A stretch of 63,631 nt of DNA, filler included, from Nemertoderma westbladi (taxonomy: Eukaryota; Animalia; Xenacoelomorpha), in NCBI GenBank assembly GCA_032718475.1. It is 3 parts of 3 records of this genome, joined end to end, with 100 filler letters (N's around TTAATTAATTAA, not from the genome) between each part and the next. Parts side by side here need not be neighbours in the genome. Positions count along the whole stretch, not along the records: positions 30,938 to 60,085 come from JAUCBJ010002921.1; positions 60,186 to 63,631 come from JAUCBJ010005044.1; 1 more part is not named here. One strand, written 5' to 3'. This document shows positions 48,090 to 60,735 of this stretch, piece after piece. The stretch's first letter is position 1. Each line of letters begins with the position of its first letter. The translations under genes and the position numbers were made by a program. Below the pieces are notes generated by a model, which did no database searches, was not told where the DNA came from, and saw nothing but the letters and a program-made list of their open reading frames with translations.

Positions 48090-48966
48090 GTTAACACGGT
48101 ACAGGTACGGTACATGAACTATAAACGCTGCAAGGGTTGCGTGAAACGAACCTGCCCGTTTCTTCGTCGTTTCTTAGACCATGCTATAAATATGGGGCGC
48201 CATCTAGTGGCACGCAATAGAATTGTGCAATACCAGGTAGTAGGTGAATGTTTGTCTATAATTATGGTTATCTAACAATATGTGTTCCCTAAAACGTATC
48301 ATTAGGTCCTGCAGCAGCGTTAGGCCATAACTACGAAAAATATCGAAACCGACGGCAACTGCTGAGTATATAGTCAAATCAGTACTCTGTCAACTCGACG
48401 CCATTGATGCGCAGTGCCCCGCAAACCTAAACTGAATCAGCGAGTTTTCGCGCCCACCCCCTCGAACTTACACGTCCGGTGTCAGTCCTGCCCGCTATCC
48501 TCGACAAGTCACTACTGTACTGTACTGTTATTACTCCAGCAACTCGTCTCTATTACAAGCCGAGTTAATTTCGCTCGTCCTGTACATATCGGCACAAAAG
48601 TGTAACTTAAAAGATTTCACTACCGGTACTGAACAACATCTGGTACATATTGTGTTCAATGATGTTCGAAACCAGGTGGTTTGTAGCAATGTATAGGCAG
48701 GTTCGTTATAATGTACACACATACGTGAATAACAGTCGAGGTGCGATCGATAAATTGAGCGAGTGAGAGCCGGTTCCAGGATGAAGGTTCGTAAAGTTCG
48801 ATTACGGGAAAGGAGCAGGTTACAGTGGTACGTTATTCTAACCAAAATAATAAACAAGAATCAATAGCGCAGGTTACCGGTGCTGTAAGCTGTTATGTGA
48901 ACTTTTATCGGATATTCGTCCCATTCGGGCCTTATTTTGTAGGTTATTGTTTATCTCATTTTTCAG

Positions 48967-49251
48967 GTTGGATTTGGTTAATTATTTGCTAACTTTGGGT
49001 GCGAATGTTAACTGCAAGGATTCCTTATCCCAAACTCCGCTCCACATTGGTGCGAAATACGGTAGTCTGGAAGCGATCGCTTACTTATTGGACGCAGGAC
49101 TGGACCTCGATATAGAGTCAGTTACCACGACAACAATACAATACAAATCTTCGGAGTTTGTTTTTCAGAATACCCCACTCCACCTAGCGGTTGAACATTG
49201 TAACGTTGATTGCGCGGAGCTGTTGCTACAACATGGAGCTGAACCTAACAG
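48967..49251 (+). CDS. Ankyrin-repeat protein exon
   Basis: ttttcag| LLTLGANVN..QTPLHIGA..NTPLHLAV..LLLQHGAEPNR |gtaatt. Confidence 0.92.
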
Positions 49252-49682
49252 GTAATTTATTATAGAGCTTCACAAAATTCAAATAACTGTTGAAAGAAAA
49301 CACCCTGGAAACGCATATTTGGGGGGGGGGGGGGTGACTCTGGACGCAATGAAAATTCATCACTCTCCAGGGGAAATAGTCGCAAATAACAGCTGATTAC
49401 TCCCCAAATTATAACTTACCTGTGCTACTGATTATCGTTTATTGTTTTGGTTAGAATATCGTGCCACTGTAACATGCTCCTTTCACTTAATTGATAATTT
49501 AACATTGATGGAATATTTTACACCCTCTGTCTCGGTGAACGGTCGCCCTACGACATCGAATGTCATAAACCTATTAAACTACAAAGTCTCAACTAAAAAT
49601 ATAAAATTTTTTTAATTATATTTTTTGCCATTTTATGTCTGATTTGTTCATCCGCCGTACCCATTCGCTCCCATTTCAACAG

Positions 49683-49857
49683 ATATTACCCGGGATTGGG
49701 CTACGAGATTCATCTGGTTGACCGAACGAACGTTGAATGCTTTCGACTGCTTCTTCAACACGGAGCCAATCAGAACGCCTGTAATGACGAAGGTTGTTCC
49801 CCGCTCCACCTAGCGGCTATTCATGGAAACATCGATTTTGCACGAATATTGATTGAA
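49683..49857 (+). CDS. Ankyrin-repeat protein exon
   Basis: caacag| YYPGLGYEIHLV..LLLQHGAN..GCSPLHLAAIHGNIDFARILIE |gtgagt. Confidence 0.92.
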
Positions 49858-49954
49858 GTGAGTCCTACAGTAGTAATGTAATTATCCATTCTTCTGGATC
49901 TACTGTTTCCTGGGAAAGGGTGGTGGGGGGGGGGGGGGGGGGGGATAGTACTAT

Positions 49955-50397
49955 ATCACTGGAGCTCTGCTCGGGTTCCTGCAGCTATTATTAGTTTGTT
50001 TGTTTGTTTGTTTGTTTTTGGCTAACTAGCTGGCTGGGTTTGTGGCAGGAATGTTTGAACGCTAATAAGTCGGTCAATCATGGATGAAATGGAACCAAAC
50101 TTGGTGTACACGTAGTCTATCAAAAGTTTAGAAATAATTCTACACACAGACAGACTTCTATAGAGACTCAATCAGACTCAATCTGCCGCTAGGGGGCGAA
50201 TCGACAGAAACGTAAAAATAGCTGTAATTATAGAACCAACCAACAGATTCATCTGAAATTTTGTAGAAGTACCATACGAACATTGCTTAATTATAAATTT
50301 TATATACAGACAGACTTTTACAGTTCCTCTGTCTGCTTCTAGGGGGTTAATTGTCTGAGCTCCAGTTCATCCTGCTTCTTAGCACGGTTTAATTATT
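49955..50397 (+). mobile_element. Helentron/DINE-like non-autonomous element
   Basis: Subterminal inverted repeat ACTGGAGCTC (49958) / GAGCTCCAGT (50357), (TTTG)n microsatellite near the 5' end, small 3' hairpin CCTGCT-TCTT-AGCACGG. Confidence 0.6.
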
Positions 50398-50698
50398 CAC
50401 AGTAACACATGACTAGTTATGTAATGTAATGTAGATATACCGCTGATATTTTAGAAAACATCAGCAACGACTTCCAAGTTAAACTTATCTTACAATATTA
50501 ATCATTTCGCACTTCTTCCTTTGGATCTGCACTCCTTTCGCATTCTTACCTCGCAACACTCTTATCAAGAATGTGGTACCGTTTAAACGTGTGTCTATAG
50601 TAAGGCAGTGATCTAATTGAGAATGAATTGGAGTTAACAGCTGTTAATGCAACTGTAATAAATAATATATAAATATTGTTTTGTTCAAAAAATAGAAA

Positions 50699-52782
50699 TA
50701 ATTAGTAAGTTAGGCCGAAACGTAAGTATAACGATGGTTCAACACCCGGACACGGGCTTCCTAATTAGTAAGTTAGGCCGAAACGTAAGTATAACGATGG
50801 TTCAACACCCGGACACGGGCTTCCTAATTAGTAAGTTAGGCCGAAACGTAAGTATAACGATGGTTCAACACCCGGACACGGGCTTCCTAATTAGTAAGTT
50901 AGGCCGAAACGTAACTATAACGATGGTTCAACACCCGGACACGGGCTTCCTAATTAGTAAGTTAGGCCGAAACGTAAGTATAACGATGGTTCAACACCCG
51001 GACACGGGCTTCCTAATTAGTAAGTTAGGCCGAAACGTAAGTATAACGATGGTTCAACACCCGGACACGGGCTTCCTAATTAGTAAGTTAGGCCGAAACG
51101 TAGGTATAACGATGGTTCAACACCCGGACACTGGCTTCCTAATTAGTAAGTTAGGCCGAAACGTAAGTATAACGATGGTTCAACACCCGGACACGGGCTT
51201 CCTAATTAGTAACTTAGGCCGAAACGTAAGTATAACGATGGTTCAACACCCGGACACGGGCTTCCTAATTAGTAAGTTAGGCCGAAACGTAAGTATAACG
51301 ATGGTTCAACACCCGGACACGGGCTTCCTAATTAGTAAGTTAGGCCGAAACGTAAGTATACCGATGGTTCAACACCCGGACACGGGCTTCCTAATTAGTA
51401 AGTTAGGCCGAAACGTAAGTATAACGATGGTTCAACACCCGGACACGGGCTTCCTAATTAGTAAGTTAGGCCGAAACGTAAGTATAACGATGGTTCAACA
51501 CCCGGACACGTGCTTCCTAATTAGTAAGTTAGGCCGAAACGTAAGTATAACGATGGTTCAACACCCGGACACGGGCTTCCTAATTAGTAAGTTAGGCCGA
51601 AACGTAAGTATACCGATGGTTCAACACCCGGACACGGGCTTCCTAATTAGTAAGTTAGGCCGAAACGTAAGTATAACGATGGTTCAACACCCGGACACGG
51701 GCTTCCTAATTAGTAAGTTAGGCCGAAACGTAAGTATAACGATGGTTCAACACCCGGACACGGGCTTCCTAATTAGTAAGTTAGACCGAAACGTAAGTAT
51801 ACCGATGGTTCAACACCCGGACACGTGCTTCCTAATTAGTAAGTTAGGCCGAAACGTAAGTATAACGATGGTTCAACACCCGGACACGGGCTTCCTAATT
51901 AGTAAGTTAGGCCGAAACGTAAGTATAACGATGGTTCAACACCCGGACACGGGCTTCCTAATTAGTAAGTTAGGCCGAAACGTAAGTATAACGATGGTTC
52001 AACACCCGGACACGGGCTTCCTAATTAGTAAGTTAGGCCGAAACGTAAGTATAACGATGGTTCAACACCCGAACACGGGCTTCCTAATTAGTAAGTTAAA
52101 CCGAAACGTAACTATAACGATGGTTCAACACCCGGACACGGGCTTCCTAATTAGTAAGTTAGGCCGAAACGTAAGTATAACGATGGTTCAACACCCGGAC
52201 ACGGGCTTCCTAATTAGTAAGTTAGGCCGAAACGTAAGTATAACGATGGTTCAACACCCGGACACGGGCTTCCTAATTAGTAAGTTAAACCGAAACGTAA
52301 GTATAACGATGGTTCAACACCCGGACACGGGCTTCCTAATTAGTAAGTTAAACCGAAACGTAAGTATAACGATGGTTCAACACCCGGACACGGGCTTCCT
52401 AATTAGTAAGTTAGGCCGAAACGTAAGTATAACGATGGTTCAACACCCGGACACGGGCTTCCTAATTAGTAAGTTAGGCCGAAACGTAAGTACAACGATG
52501 GTTCAACACCCGGACACGGGCTTCCTAATTAGTAAGTTAAACCGAAACGTAAGTATAACGATGGTTCAACACCCGGACACGGGCTTCCTAATTAGTAAGT
52601 TAGGCCGAAACGTAAGTATAACGATGGTTCAACACCCGGACACGGGCTTCCTAATTAGTAAGTTAAACCGAAACGTAAGTATAACGATGGTTCAACACCC
52701 GGACACGGGCTTCCTAATTAGTAAGTTAAACCGAAACGTAGGTATAACAATGGTTCAACACCCGGGCACGGGCTTCCTAATT
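50699..52782. repeat. 63-bp minisatellite, about 33 near-identical copies, intronic
   Basis: Unit CTAATTAGTAAGTTAGGCCGAAACGTAAGTATAACGATGGTTCAACACCCGGACACGGGCTTC. Confidence 0.98.
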
Positions 52783-53080
52783 TTTTATATTTCTGAACAA
52801 TACTGACAGATTATATTGAACTCTTTATACGTGACAGTAACAATATAAGTTCCGGAAAGACAGTGATGTGTTTGCGATAGAATACATTATAGGCCTGCTG
52901 ACTATAATGGTGGGTTACTGTGGCTAGCTATGAACTTCCACAGCCAGCTGCTCAAGAACACGGAACACGGAACCAGCGAAACCAAAAGTGTTTAATTTTT
53001 TTTGTTCTACAAACATATTACAAGAATAATATAATATTGTCTCTTTGAAGATTTTCTAAATATTCTTTTTAATTCCACAG

Positions 53081-53278
53081 CACAATGCCAATATAGATTG
53101 TGTTATACAACGTATGTCCATTGGTGTTACCCCTCTGTTCTGCGCCGTTCAGCAATCCAACAAACAACTTGTGCATCTCCTTTGCTCCGAAGGAGCCACA
53201 ATAAATCTGGATCCCGTCCACCAATACGCACAAGTCTTAAATGAAGCGGCCTTGGTAGGAGACACGGATATAGTGCAG
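53081..53278 (+). CDS. Ankyrin-repeat protein exon
   Basis: ttccacag| HNANID..GVTPLFCAVQQSNKQLVHLLCSEGA..LNEAALVGDTDIVQ |gtagga; phase 0 at both ends. The donor used is ambiguous because of the repeat. Confidence 0.88.
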
Positions 53279-53758
53279 GTAGGAGACACGGATATAGTAC
53301 AGGTAGGAGACACGGATATAGTACAGGTAGGAGACACGAATATAGTACAGGTAGGAGACACGGATATAGTACAGGTAGGAGACACGGATATAGTACAGGT
53401 AGGAGACACGGATATAGTACAGGTAGGAGACACGGATATAGTACAGGTAGGAGACACGGATATAGTACAGGTAGGAGACACGGATATAGTACATGTATGA
53501 GACACGGATATAGTACAGGTAGGAGACACGGATATAGTACAGGTAGGAGACACGGATATAGTACAGGTAGGAGACACGGATATAGTACAGGTAGGAGACA
53601 CGGATATAGTACAGGTAGGAGACACGGATATAGTACAGGTAGGAGACACGGATATAGTACAGGTAGGAGACACGGATATAGTACAGGTAGGAGACACGGA
53701 TATAGTACAGGTATGAGACACGGATATAGTACATGTATGAGACACGGATATAGTACAC
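53255..53758. repeat. 24-bp minisatellite, 21 copies, duplicating the exon end and splice donor
   Basis: Unit GTAGGAGACACGGATATAGTACAG; an orphan copy lies at ~54348-54374. Confidence 0.97.
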
Positions 53759-53762
53759 GTAT

Positions 53763-54204
53763 AATTTTTATTTTTGCTTTCATTCTTTAGGTACAAGCGT
53801 TTGAAAAGGTGTCTCCGTCGGTATTGCGCCAGTTACACATATTCTAGAACACTTTGTTTATATACGAATAGCTACACAATAGTATGATTACAAAGTTATT
53901 GCATTGTTGCCCAGCTACGTATGGGATAAACAACATGTTCTAGAATATGGTGTATTTTTTAATAGAATAAAATAACCTTGCGCAGGTGGAAAACCATGCA
54001 ACTTTAGAATGCCCACATCTGTGCTGTTTTACGACGAAATTCAGATTGTGATACATATTTGGAATCCTTGCATGGCTAGCTTTCTGTCAATATCAACAAA
54101 TCGCTATAGGGTTGAAGAATAACTGCGGTGTAACTGGCGCAATACCGACGGAGACATCTTTTTCAAACGCTTGTAGCTAAAGAATGAAAGCAAAAATAAA
54201 AATT
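53763..54204. repeat. ~76-bp near-perfect inverted repeat (foldback/MITE-like)
   Basis: 53763-53838 is the reverse complement of 54128-54204. The interior resembles 45300-45445. Confidence 0.85.
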
Positions 54205-54439
54205 CTAGCTCACCCAGCAAGGAGGAGGGAGGTGAAACTATCTCTGTTTCAAATTTCATGCTATCTCATTAAGATTTGTAGAAAAATTTGGGGGGGGGGG
54301 GGGGTCCAGGTACCTGAATAACGACACTATATTCCAGGACATATTGTAGTACAGGTAGGAGACACGGATATAGTCTATGTAAGACAGACACCAGGGTGTT
54401 ACCGCCTAGATCATCATGTATAGTGCGCTAAATAAATAC

Positions 54440-55745
54440 AACAATTATTATTATTAGTTGGTTTAACACATCTTATGATGTTTTATCATTACTGGATAGA
54501 CAGGAACGAAGGGAAGAACTTTCCCGTTCATTGTTCATTATTATTAATTAATCATATAAAATGATATTATACTAAAATGATAAGATTGCACTTCACAAGT
54601 AAAAGGTTGAACGAGTACCTGAATAAAATCGTGTAAAATATCGAGTAAATATAGTTATGTACAAGGCACGAAAAGAAACCAACACATGTCGAATATTTGT
54701 AATGTACAACAGATTATAATGTGAACTGTGTAGGCGGTAGTGGCTGGGTCAGTTCGCCGTGAAATGAGGAAAGTTGGGTTCTATTGAGAAGTAGTTTAAA
54801 ATAGTATTGTGCTTTTGGCTGAATGTACGCCCCCAGGTACCGTAGCACTCGTGTAGGAAGTTTGCATCCAGGATACTTTGACGGGATGGGGTCAAGTGCA
54901 CCAGTCTAGATAGAATGCTCTTGGTAGAGATTCGATGAAACAGTATGGTAGTTCCGGTAGGCGGTAGTGTGATCTAGCAGACTCGTAATGGTGACCAAGG
55001 CCACTGTACTTGTTCCCACGAATGTAATTCCTGAGTAATGCTATTTTTAGGGAGCATGCGAGTTTCGGGTGCGGTATCTGCGCGATACGAAACAGCTTGC
55101 TGGTACATTCCCTGTATGCATCTAAAATTAAGGGCCCCAGACCCATGGCATGATAAAGCGTGTCGTTGCTGATGTAGCATCCCACGTGTAGAATACTCCT
55201 AAGGCTGACTCTATACGCCGTTTCGATGCGATCCAGTTTAGTTTCACTAAAGCTTCCAATCGAATACACGATCCGATATATGATTGCCGGAAGAGCCAGA
55301 GTTTTCCAGAGAAGTGCGACTATTTCCAACGGGAAATGGCGCGTTGTCCAGCCTTTACTATGGACTTTGATATTTGTTGATTGTTTGAATGATGTCCGAG
55401 AGGTGGGATGGCTCCTTGTTGATGGCAACTCCAAGATAGGTGATGTGTTTAGATTGGCTGTATATGACATTGTTGATGTCGAGGAAGTTTGGTATATTTT
55501 TGGATTTATGTTCATGGCATGCAATCCAGAATATCTTTTTGGGGTCAATTGAGAGATTGATTTTCATTAGCTCGTCGCATATGACATTAGCCAAGTGTTG
55601 TATAAAAGCTGCGGATCCTCCCATCAGTAGTATGTCGTCAGCAAAAGAAGAGCACCCCATGTTTGTGGTATGGACTTTGTGCCCCATTCCAATGGTATTC
55701 ATAATGGAGAATGCGTTCTTTGTAAATAAGTTAAGGATATTGTTA
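54440..55745 (-). mobile_element. LINE RT 3' fragment in intron
   Basis: CSSFADDILL, ITYLGV, LWKTLALPAIIY; frameshifted; (TAA)n-like tail near 54445. Confidence 0.75.
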
Positions 55746-56659
55746 GTGCTAATAGCTAGATACTGCTAGTGCTAATAGCTGGATACTGCTAGTCCTAATA
55801 GCTCGATACGCAGGTCGTTTGGGGCAGCGGCACCTTATTTAGTAAACTAATCTGCAGGTCGGCGGCTACTGACATACATTATATATCGGTTGTAAAAATA
55901 ATCATTTATAAAAAAAAGAGTGAATGGCGCAAATTGACAGCAACTTCTAACTAACTATTATATGTATTTGGTTAGTTTAAAAAATAGTAATTTGAATTAA
56001 TTGAAAACATTAAGGGAAAGGAGCGGGTTACAGTGGAGGTGTTTAACCAAAACAATAAACTTTTCAATAAGATTTTCTTCCGGTTTTTCTTCCATTCCAT
56101 TATTCTAAGCTAAGCCCAGTCCCGATGTATTTACTGTAATTTGAAGATTAAAATACACGATTAATAAGACTACAGCACTACTTCTGTAAATAAACATAGT
56201 GCAGATGTAAGACTACCTATATATTATTTATACGAAGAGAAACATAAAGCAAATCCTTGAAATCTTGTGAAGTCCACGAGTAAAAAAATCTCAGCTTCTT
56301 TAGCAACCAAAAATGTATTTTTTTTCACGGCAGGTCTGTGTTTTAGTTATGGTTCGAGGAAAAATTATTTATTGGACCATACTCTAGTGTTGTGTGTACG
56401 TGTGGGTGTATACGTTGTTGTGTAGCGTTAATACTAATTAATATGATTGCTATTAAAGTAATTTATTGGATAAAATCATCTTTAATATCTTACTTATCCA
56501 CAGTTTGGAGACTCAATTCTATTCTATTCTTTTTAGTCTATTATTTTTGGTAGGCCTACAATGGGTAATGTAGGCCTTATATTGTAGTGCCTGTTATAAT
56601 ATAATATGTATCGCAGTGTCTATTATTTGCTTTATCAGTGTTTATTGTTTGTATTTCAG

Positions 56660-56749
56660 ATCCTGATGTTCCATGGTGCTAATCCAAGTCGCGCTGACCA
56701 CAGGGGAAACTATCCACTGCATTTAGCTCTCCAGTCCAGGAACACCCAG
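56660..56749 (+). CDS. Ankyrin-repeat protein exon
   Basis: atttcag| ILMFHGANPSRADHRGNYPLHLALQSRNTQ |gtacga; 90 nt, phase 0. Confidence 0.9.
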
Positions 56750-57020
56750 GTACGAAACACCAGAAACCCCTTTGGGTGGGTAAACAGTAACACCCCGGTA
56801 CGAAACACCAGACACCCCTTTGGGTGGGTAAACACATAGTAACACCCCGATACGAAACACCAGACACCCCTTTGGGTGGGTAGACAGTAACACCCCGGTA
56901 CGAAACACCAGACACCCCTTTGGGTGGGTAGACAGTAACACCCCGGTACGAAACACCAGACACCCCTTTGGGTGGGTAAACAAACAGTAATACCCCGATA
57001 CGAAACACCAGACACCCCAT
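56741..57020. repeat. 48-52-bp minisatellite, 5-6 copies, spanning the splice donor
   Basis: AACACCC(A/C)GGTACGAAACACCAGACACCCCTTTGGGTGGGTA(A/G)ACAGT repeated. Confidence 0.93.
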
Positions 57021-57484
57021 TGTGCGGGTATGAACACCCAGCTTCGTCACCAGTCACCTAGGTATTTTTTGTAGGCACTAGTGTTCCATTGGGGAAATCG
57101 CAATCACTAATGATATAATGCAGACACCGACTGGCTGGGATCGTGATTCCAGAGTTTAAACATTACAGTGAAGTTGTTTGAGATCTTAGAATAATTTATT
57201 AACAAATACTTCCGTGTCCAGGTTATTATCCCAGATAATGTAAAATATAGTTGCTGTGATATTTAGGTTAACAGGGTATTTATTAATCAAACAACTACTA
57301 ACGTTAAAGTTCTAGAGTTAAATAGAGAGATGAATAGAGTTAAATACCACATATGTTCCCAATTAGTTATTTTCATTCTGACAAATAGCTAGAGAGATAT
57401 GTTATTTTCTTCCCTATTATATAAATTTTTGCTTTTTATTGTCTTTGTGAAATTAGTATGATAATTGCCCTGCAACTATTACAG

Positions 57485-57633
57485 ATTAATCCCGGTGTTG
57501 TCCGCTTGCTGCTCGGTAGCGGAGCCAGGGTCAATGTTCTCAATTCGGATTCCGCCACACCCCTATCTTTTCTCATATCCCGTAACTGTGACAGCGGGCT
57601 GCAGCATAACAACTTGGACGATGTTTTTATCAG
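57485..57633 (+). CDS. Ankyrin-repeat protein, last visible exon
   Basis: attacag| INPGVVRLLLGSGARVNVLNSDSATPLSFL..DDVFIR. Donor is gtgtgt at 57634 or gtaaga at 57638; downstream exons not found. Confidence 0.82.
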
Positions 57634-60085
57634 GTGTGTAAGAAAGTTATTATTGTGAGATTTAAGCTAAATAGAGCTTAAACACTTACCAACCACAATT
57701 TATCTCGTAATATTAGTCGTCGTCCTTTATCCGTAAATCCTGCATTTTTATGAGTGGCTCAATGACCTAACTATAAATTATAGTAGGTCATCATGATGCC
57801 TCATTAAAAAGTTAAATTTCAGATTTCGTTTCAGCAGTATTCAAGTATTTTGTAGGAAAAATCTACATGCGTCGCTTATTTCATTGCCGGTGTCTAAATC
57901 CAATTAAGGCTTTCTAATGCACTTGTTTACAACCTTTGTGCATCTGTTAAATTACAAATAGGGTTTTGATTACAATAGATACCCAGAGGCTAGGTAAAGT
58001 AATTTCCTGATCAGCTCGCACCTTGTGCGAGAATTAAAGGAACATCCACATAGACGGCAATACGATTACAATCTCAAATTAAGGAATATATATCTTTGAT
58101 GTGATGGGCATTATTCCTTTGATCTTATTGGTCAGCTAACACCTTTGCAACTGGCTGTGAATTAATGGGTTTACACTTATTGATTGCCGTAACTTAAATG
58201 AGATTCAAAGCCAAACCAATTATATAACCACATATGACCCAGGAGGGCATAAAGGGGCACTCGCACGGGCAAACTTAATTAATTTCCAAGGGAGAATGGA
58301 CGCAAATAACGGCAAATTACGAACACTAATTGAACACATCTTAAAACTATTTTTTATTTAATTAAATATCATGCCACTGTAATCTGTTCCTTTCCTAAAT
58401 ATTAAGTCTGAATATAGATGATTCGCCCATATGGGATTTGCATCAATACCCCCCCCCCCCCCCCCCCCCCTCCCGCCTGTCTTCATTAACACGGGACAAC
58501 ACAAGTAATATCAAAAAGATTACCATGATGAGAGATGTTTTTTAATATATCCGTCATCATCTCTATAAATTATCAAATAGCAACACTTCAATAATGTATA
58601 GCAGCCAGAAATGGAATAACTGCAGTAAATACGAATATAGAAAGAAAAAAACTACATTATCTACCGCCAGGTGCAGCACATCGTCTCTCATATTTCGACG
58701 TAATTGAATTATTTATTAGCAGCAAAATTAAAACTTAAATGCATCGAAATGGTTCATTATAATATATTTGCAAGATATGAAAAGCACCAATATTAGGGTA
58801 GTTTGGTGATAACATTTTGGTTGGAAATAACCACTTCGTCCTTTTAATCTTTTTCTTGTCCGTTTTACTTTTTTTTCTTTATCTGTTTTTCCCCTGTGTT
58901 TTATTTATCATAATTTTTTTACAAAAAAACTTCGGTATATACATATATTTTTAGTAGCTAATGATTAAGGATCTCTTTTTTACTTTTTTGTATAGTTTGT
59001 GGTTGAATGTTGATTGGTATTTAAGTAATTTTGAGGTTTAGCAAATAAACTGTATTGCCTAATTTATTTGAAGTCAGTTGAGACTAAGAGTTGAATTCCT
59101 TAAAAGGCGTTTGACTAACAATTGAGCGTTTTTTTTTAGTAAACTGTAAAACATCGCAATCAATGGGTGACCAAAACAACTGAGCATTCTTACTTCATCA
59201 TTAAAAAACGCCAAATATTTCTAGCCGCAACTTGACTAGTTAAAGGTTGACCGATTGCCTTGATTCAACTAATAAACCGAATATACCGGCTAGACAATAA
59301 TTTAAAGCGAAGAAACAAATATTATCATGAAACTACCCCAAATGTTAGGAACATAAGATAACGCGTGTCTATGTTTGTATGTATATGTTTGTATGTGGTT
59401 ATGGCATGTAAGTATATCCTACGATACATGAAGCTCATACTCATTCAGTAACTTCGCGAGTTTTAATTTACCGTGGGAAACGTAAAGGTTTGTTTTCGTA
59501 CAAGACGTTTAAAATTCATTTATTCGTCTCAACATTTAAAATAATAATAATAATTATTATTATAAAGCTAATAAAATTAGAAATAATGTGGAATTATAAA
59601 AAAAATTAATATACATAAAATACTTACTGCCTTGCGACATTATAATTATTTATCATCAATATTTATTTAAAATTTAGAAGTATTAAGACTCAAATCATTA
59701 ATACATAGAATCAAAGCATATTTATTATTTTGTATTCTTTTCTGACTCGTAATGGTCCCGAAAAACGTCGAAATGAAAACATACCTTTACACAATTCAAT
59801 GACGATATACATTTTAACAGATTGAGTTCTGAGTTCAATAACATTATTTTTTTAGCAGTAGGTTAGTAATACTATACCCTGTAAATGCGCGAGGCCAGTA
59901 GCAGTAGCCTTATGTACACAATAATAAATGCAATAAACCTGAATAAAAGGAGCCAATGAGTTTACTGGTTCGCATAGCATTGCGACTAACACAAAAACAC
60001 TACTAATAAGCTAATAACGAGGGATGGCTGCTAATTTACTAGAAACGTAATTACATCACGTATTTGGCCCCTTAGCACAAAATCT

Positions 60086-60185
60086 NNNNNNNNNNNNNNN
60101 NNNNNNNNNNNNNNNNNNNNNNNNNNNNNTTAATTAATTAANNNNNNNNNNNNNNNNNNNNNNNNNNNNNNNNNNNNNNNNNNNN
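60086..60185. other. Artificial contig linker
   Basis: 44 N + TTAATTAATTAA + 44 N, identical to the first linker. Confidence 0.97.
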
Positions 60186-60735
60186 TAAAATACTCTGTCA
60201 CTCTATACTACTTCCAGCTCCCTCAATCCAAGGCATGCTTTCTATTGCATAGCCTAACTGGGAACCAGTCCAACACGTCCCACCTCACCACTACTCAAAG
60301 GAAGGAATGTAATGAGCCAGACTAATAAGAGAGCTTCCTTGCTTATTGTGTTTACCTTTCAAAATGATTGGCTTAGTATTTAATCGTGATTTTTTTAGAA
60401 TAATTAGCTAAATAATTCCGTTGAGGTGTTGACATGATAAATTAATATCTCAGTAATACTATCGGCATGTAAGTTTTATATTTCTTACAAATTGGGTCGC
60501 CTCCACGCCTAAAATATTTAATAGACTACCTTATGAATTTAACATGTTACCAATAACATGAGTTTATTGATTTCTTTGTTGGTCAAGTAAATTAAATAAT
60601 ATGCGATCTTTAATTATTTTTGCTAGAAAGTTGTGCTGTTTGTATATTTGTGAACCGCTTCAGTTGTATTTTGTGTTATATTAAAAATAAATATAACATT
60701 GTGGCAGCTCGTCTGCTACGATCTATATTATTTAC

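Noticed and set aside
50699-52782. CRISPR array, or tandem hammerhead ribozymes (GGCC-GAAAC-GTA after a hairpin)
   Set aside because: There are no unique spacers and no cas genes, the context is eukaryotic, and the CTGANGA half of the hammerhead core is missing.
50734-52806. 690-aa ORF of 21-aa repeats
   Set aside because: It results from a stop-free 63-bp unit. It lies in an intron between phase-compatible ankyrin exons and has no non-repetitive coding sequence.
53127-53796. Several minus-strand and alternative-frame repeat ORFs
   Set aside because: Translations of the 24-bp array; only the + frame continues the ankyrin exon.
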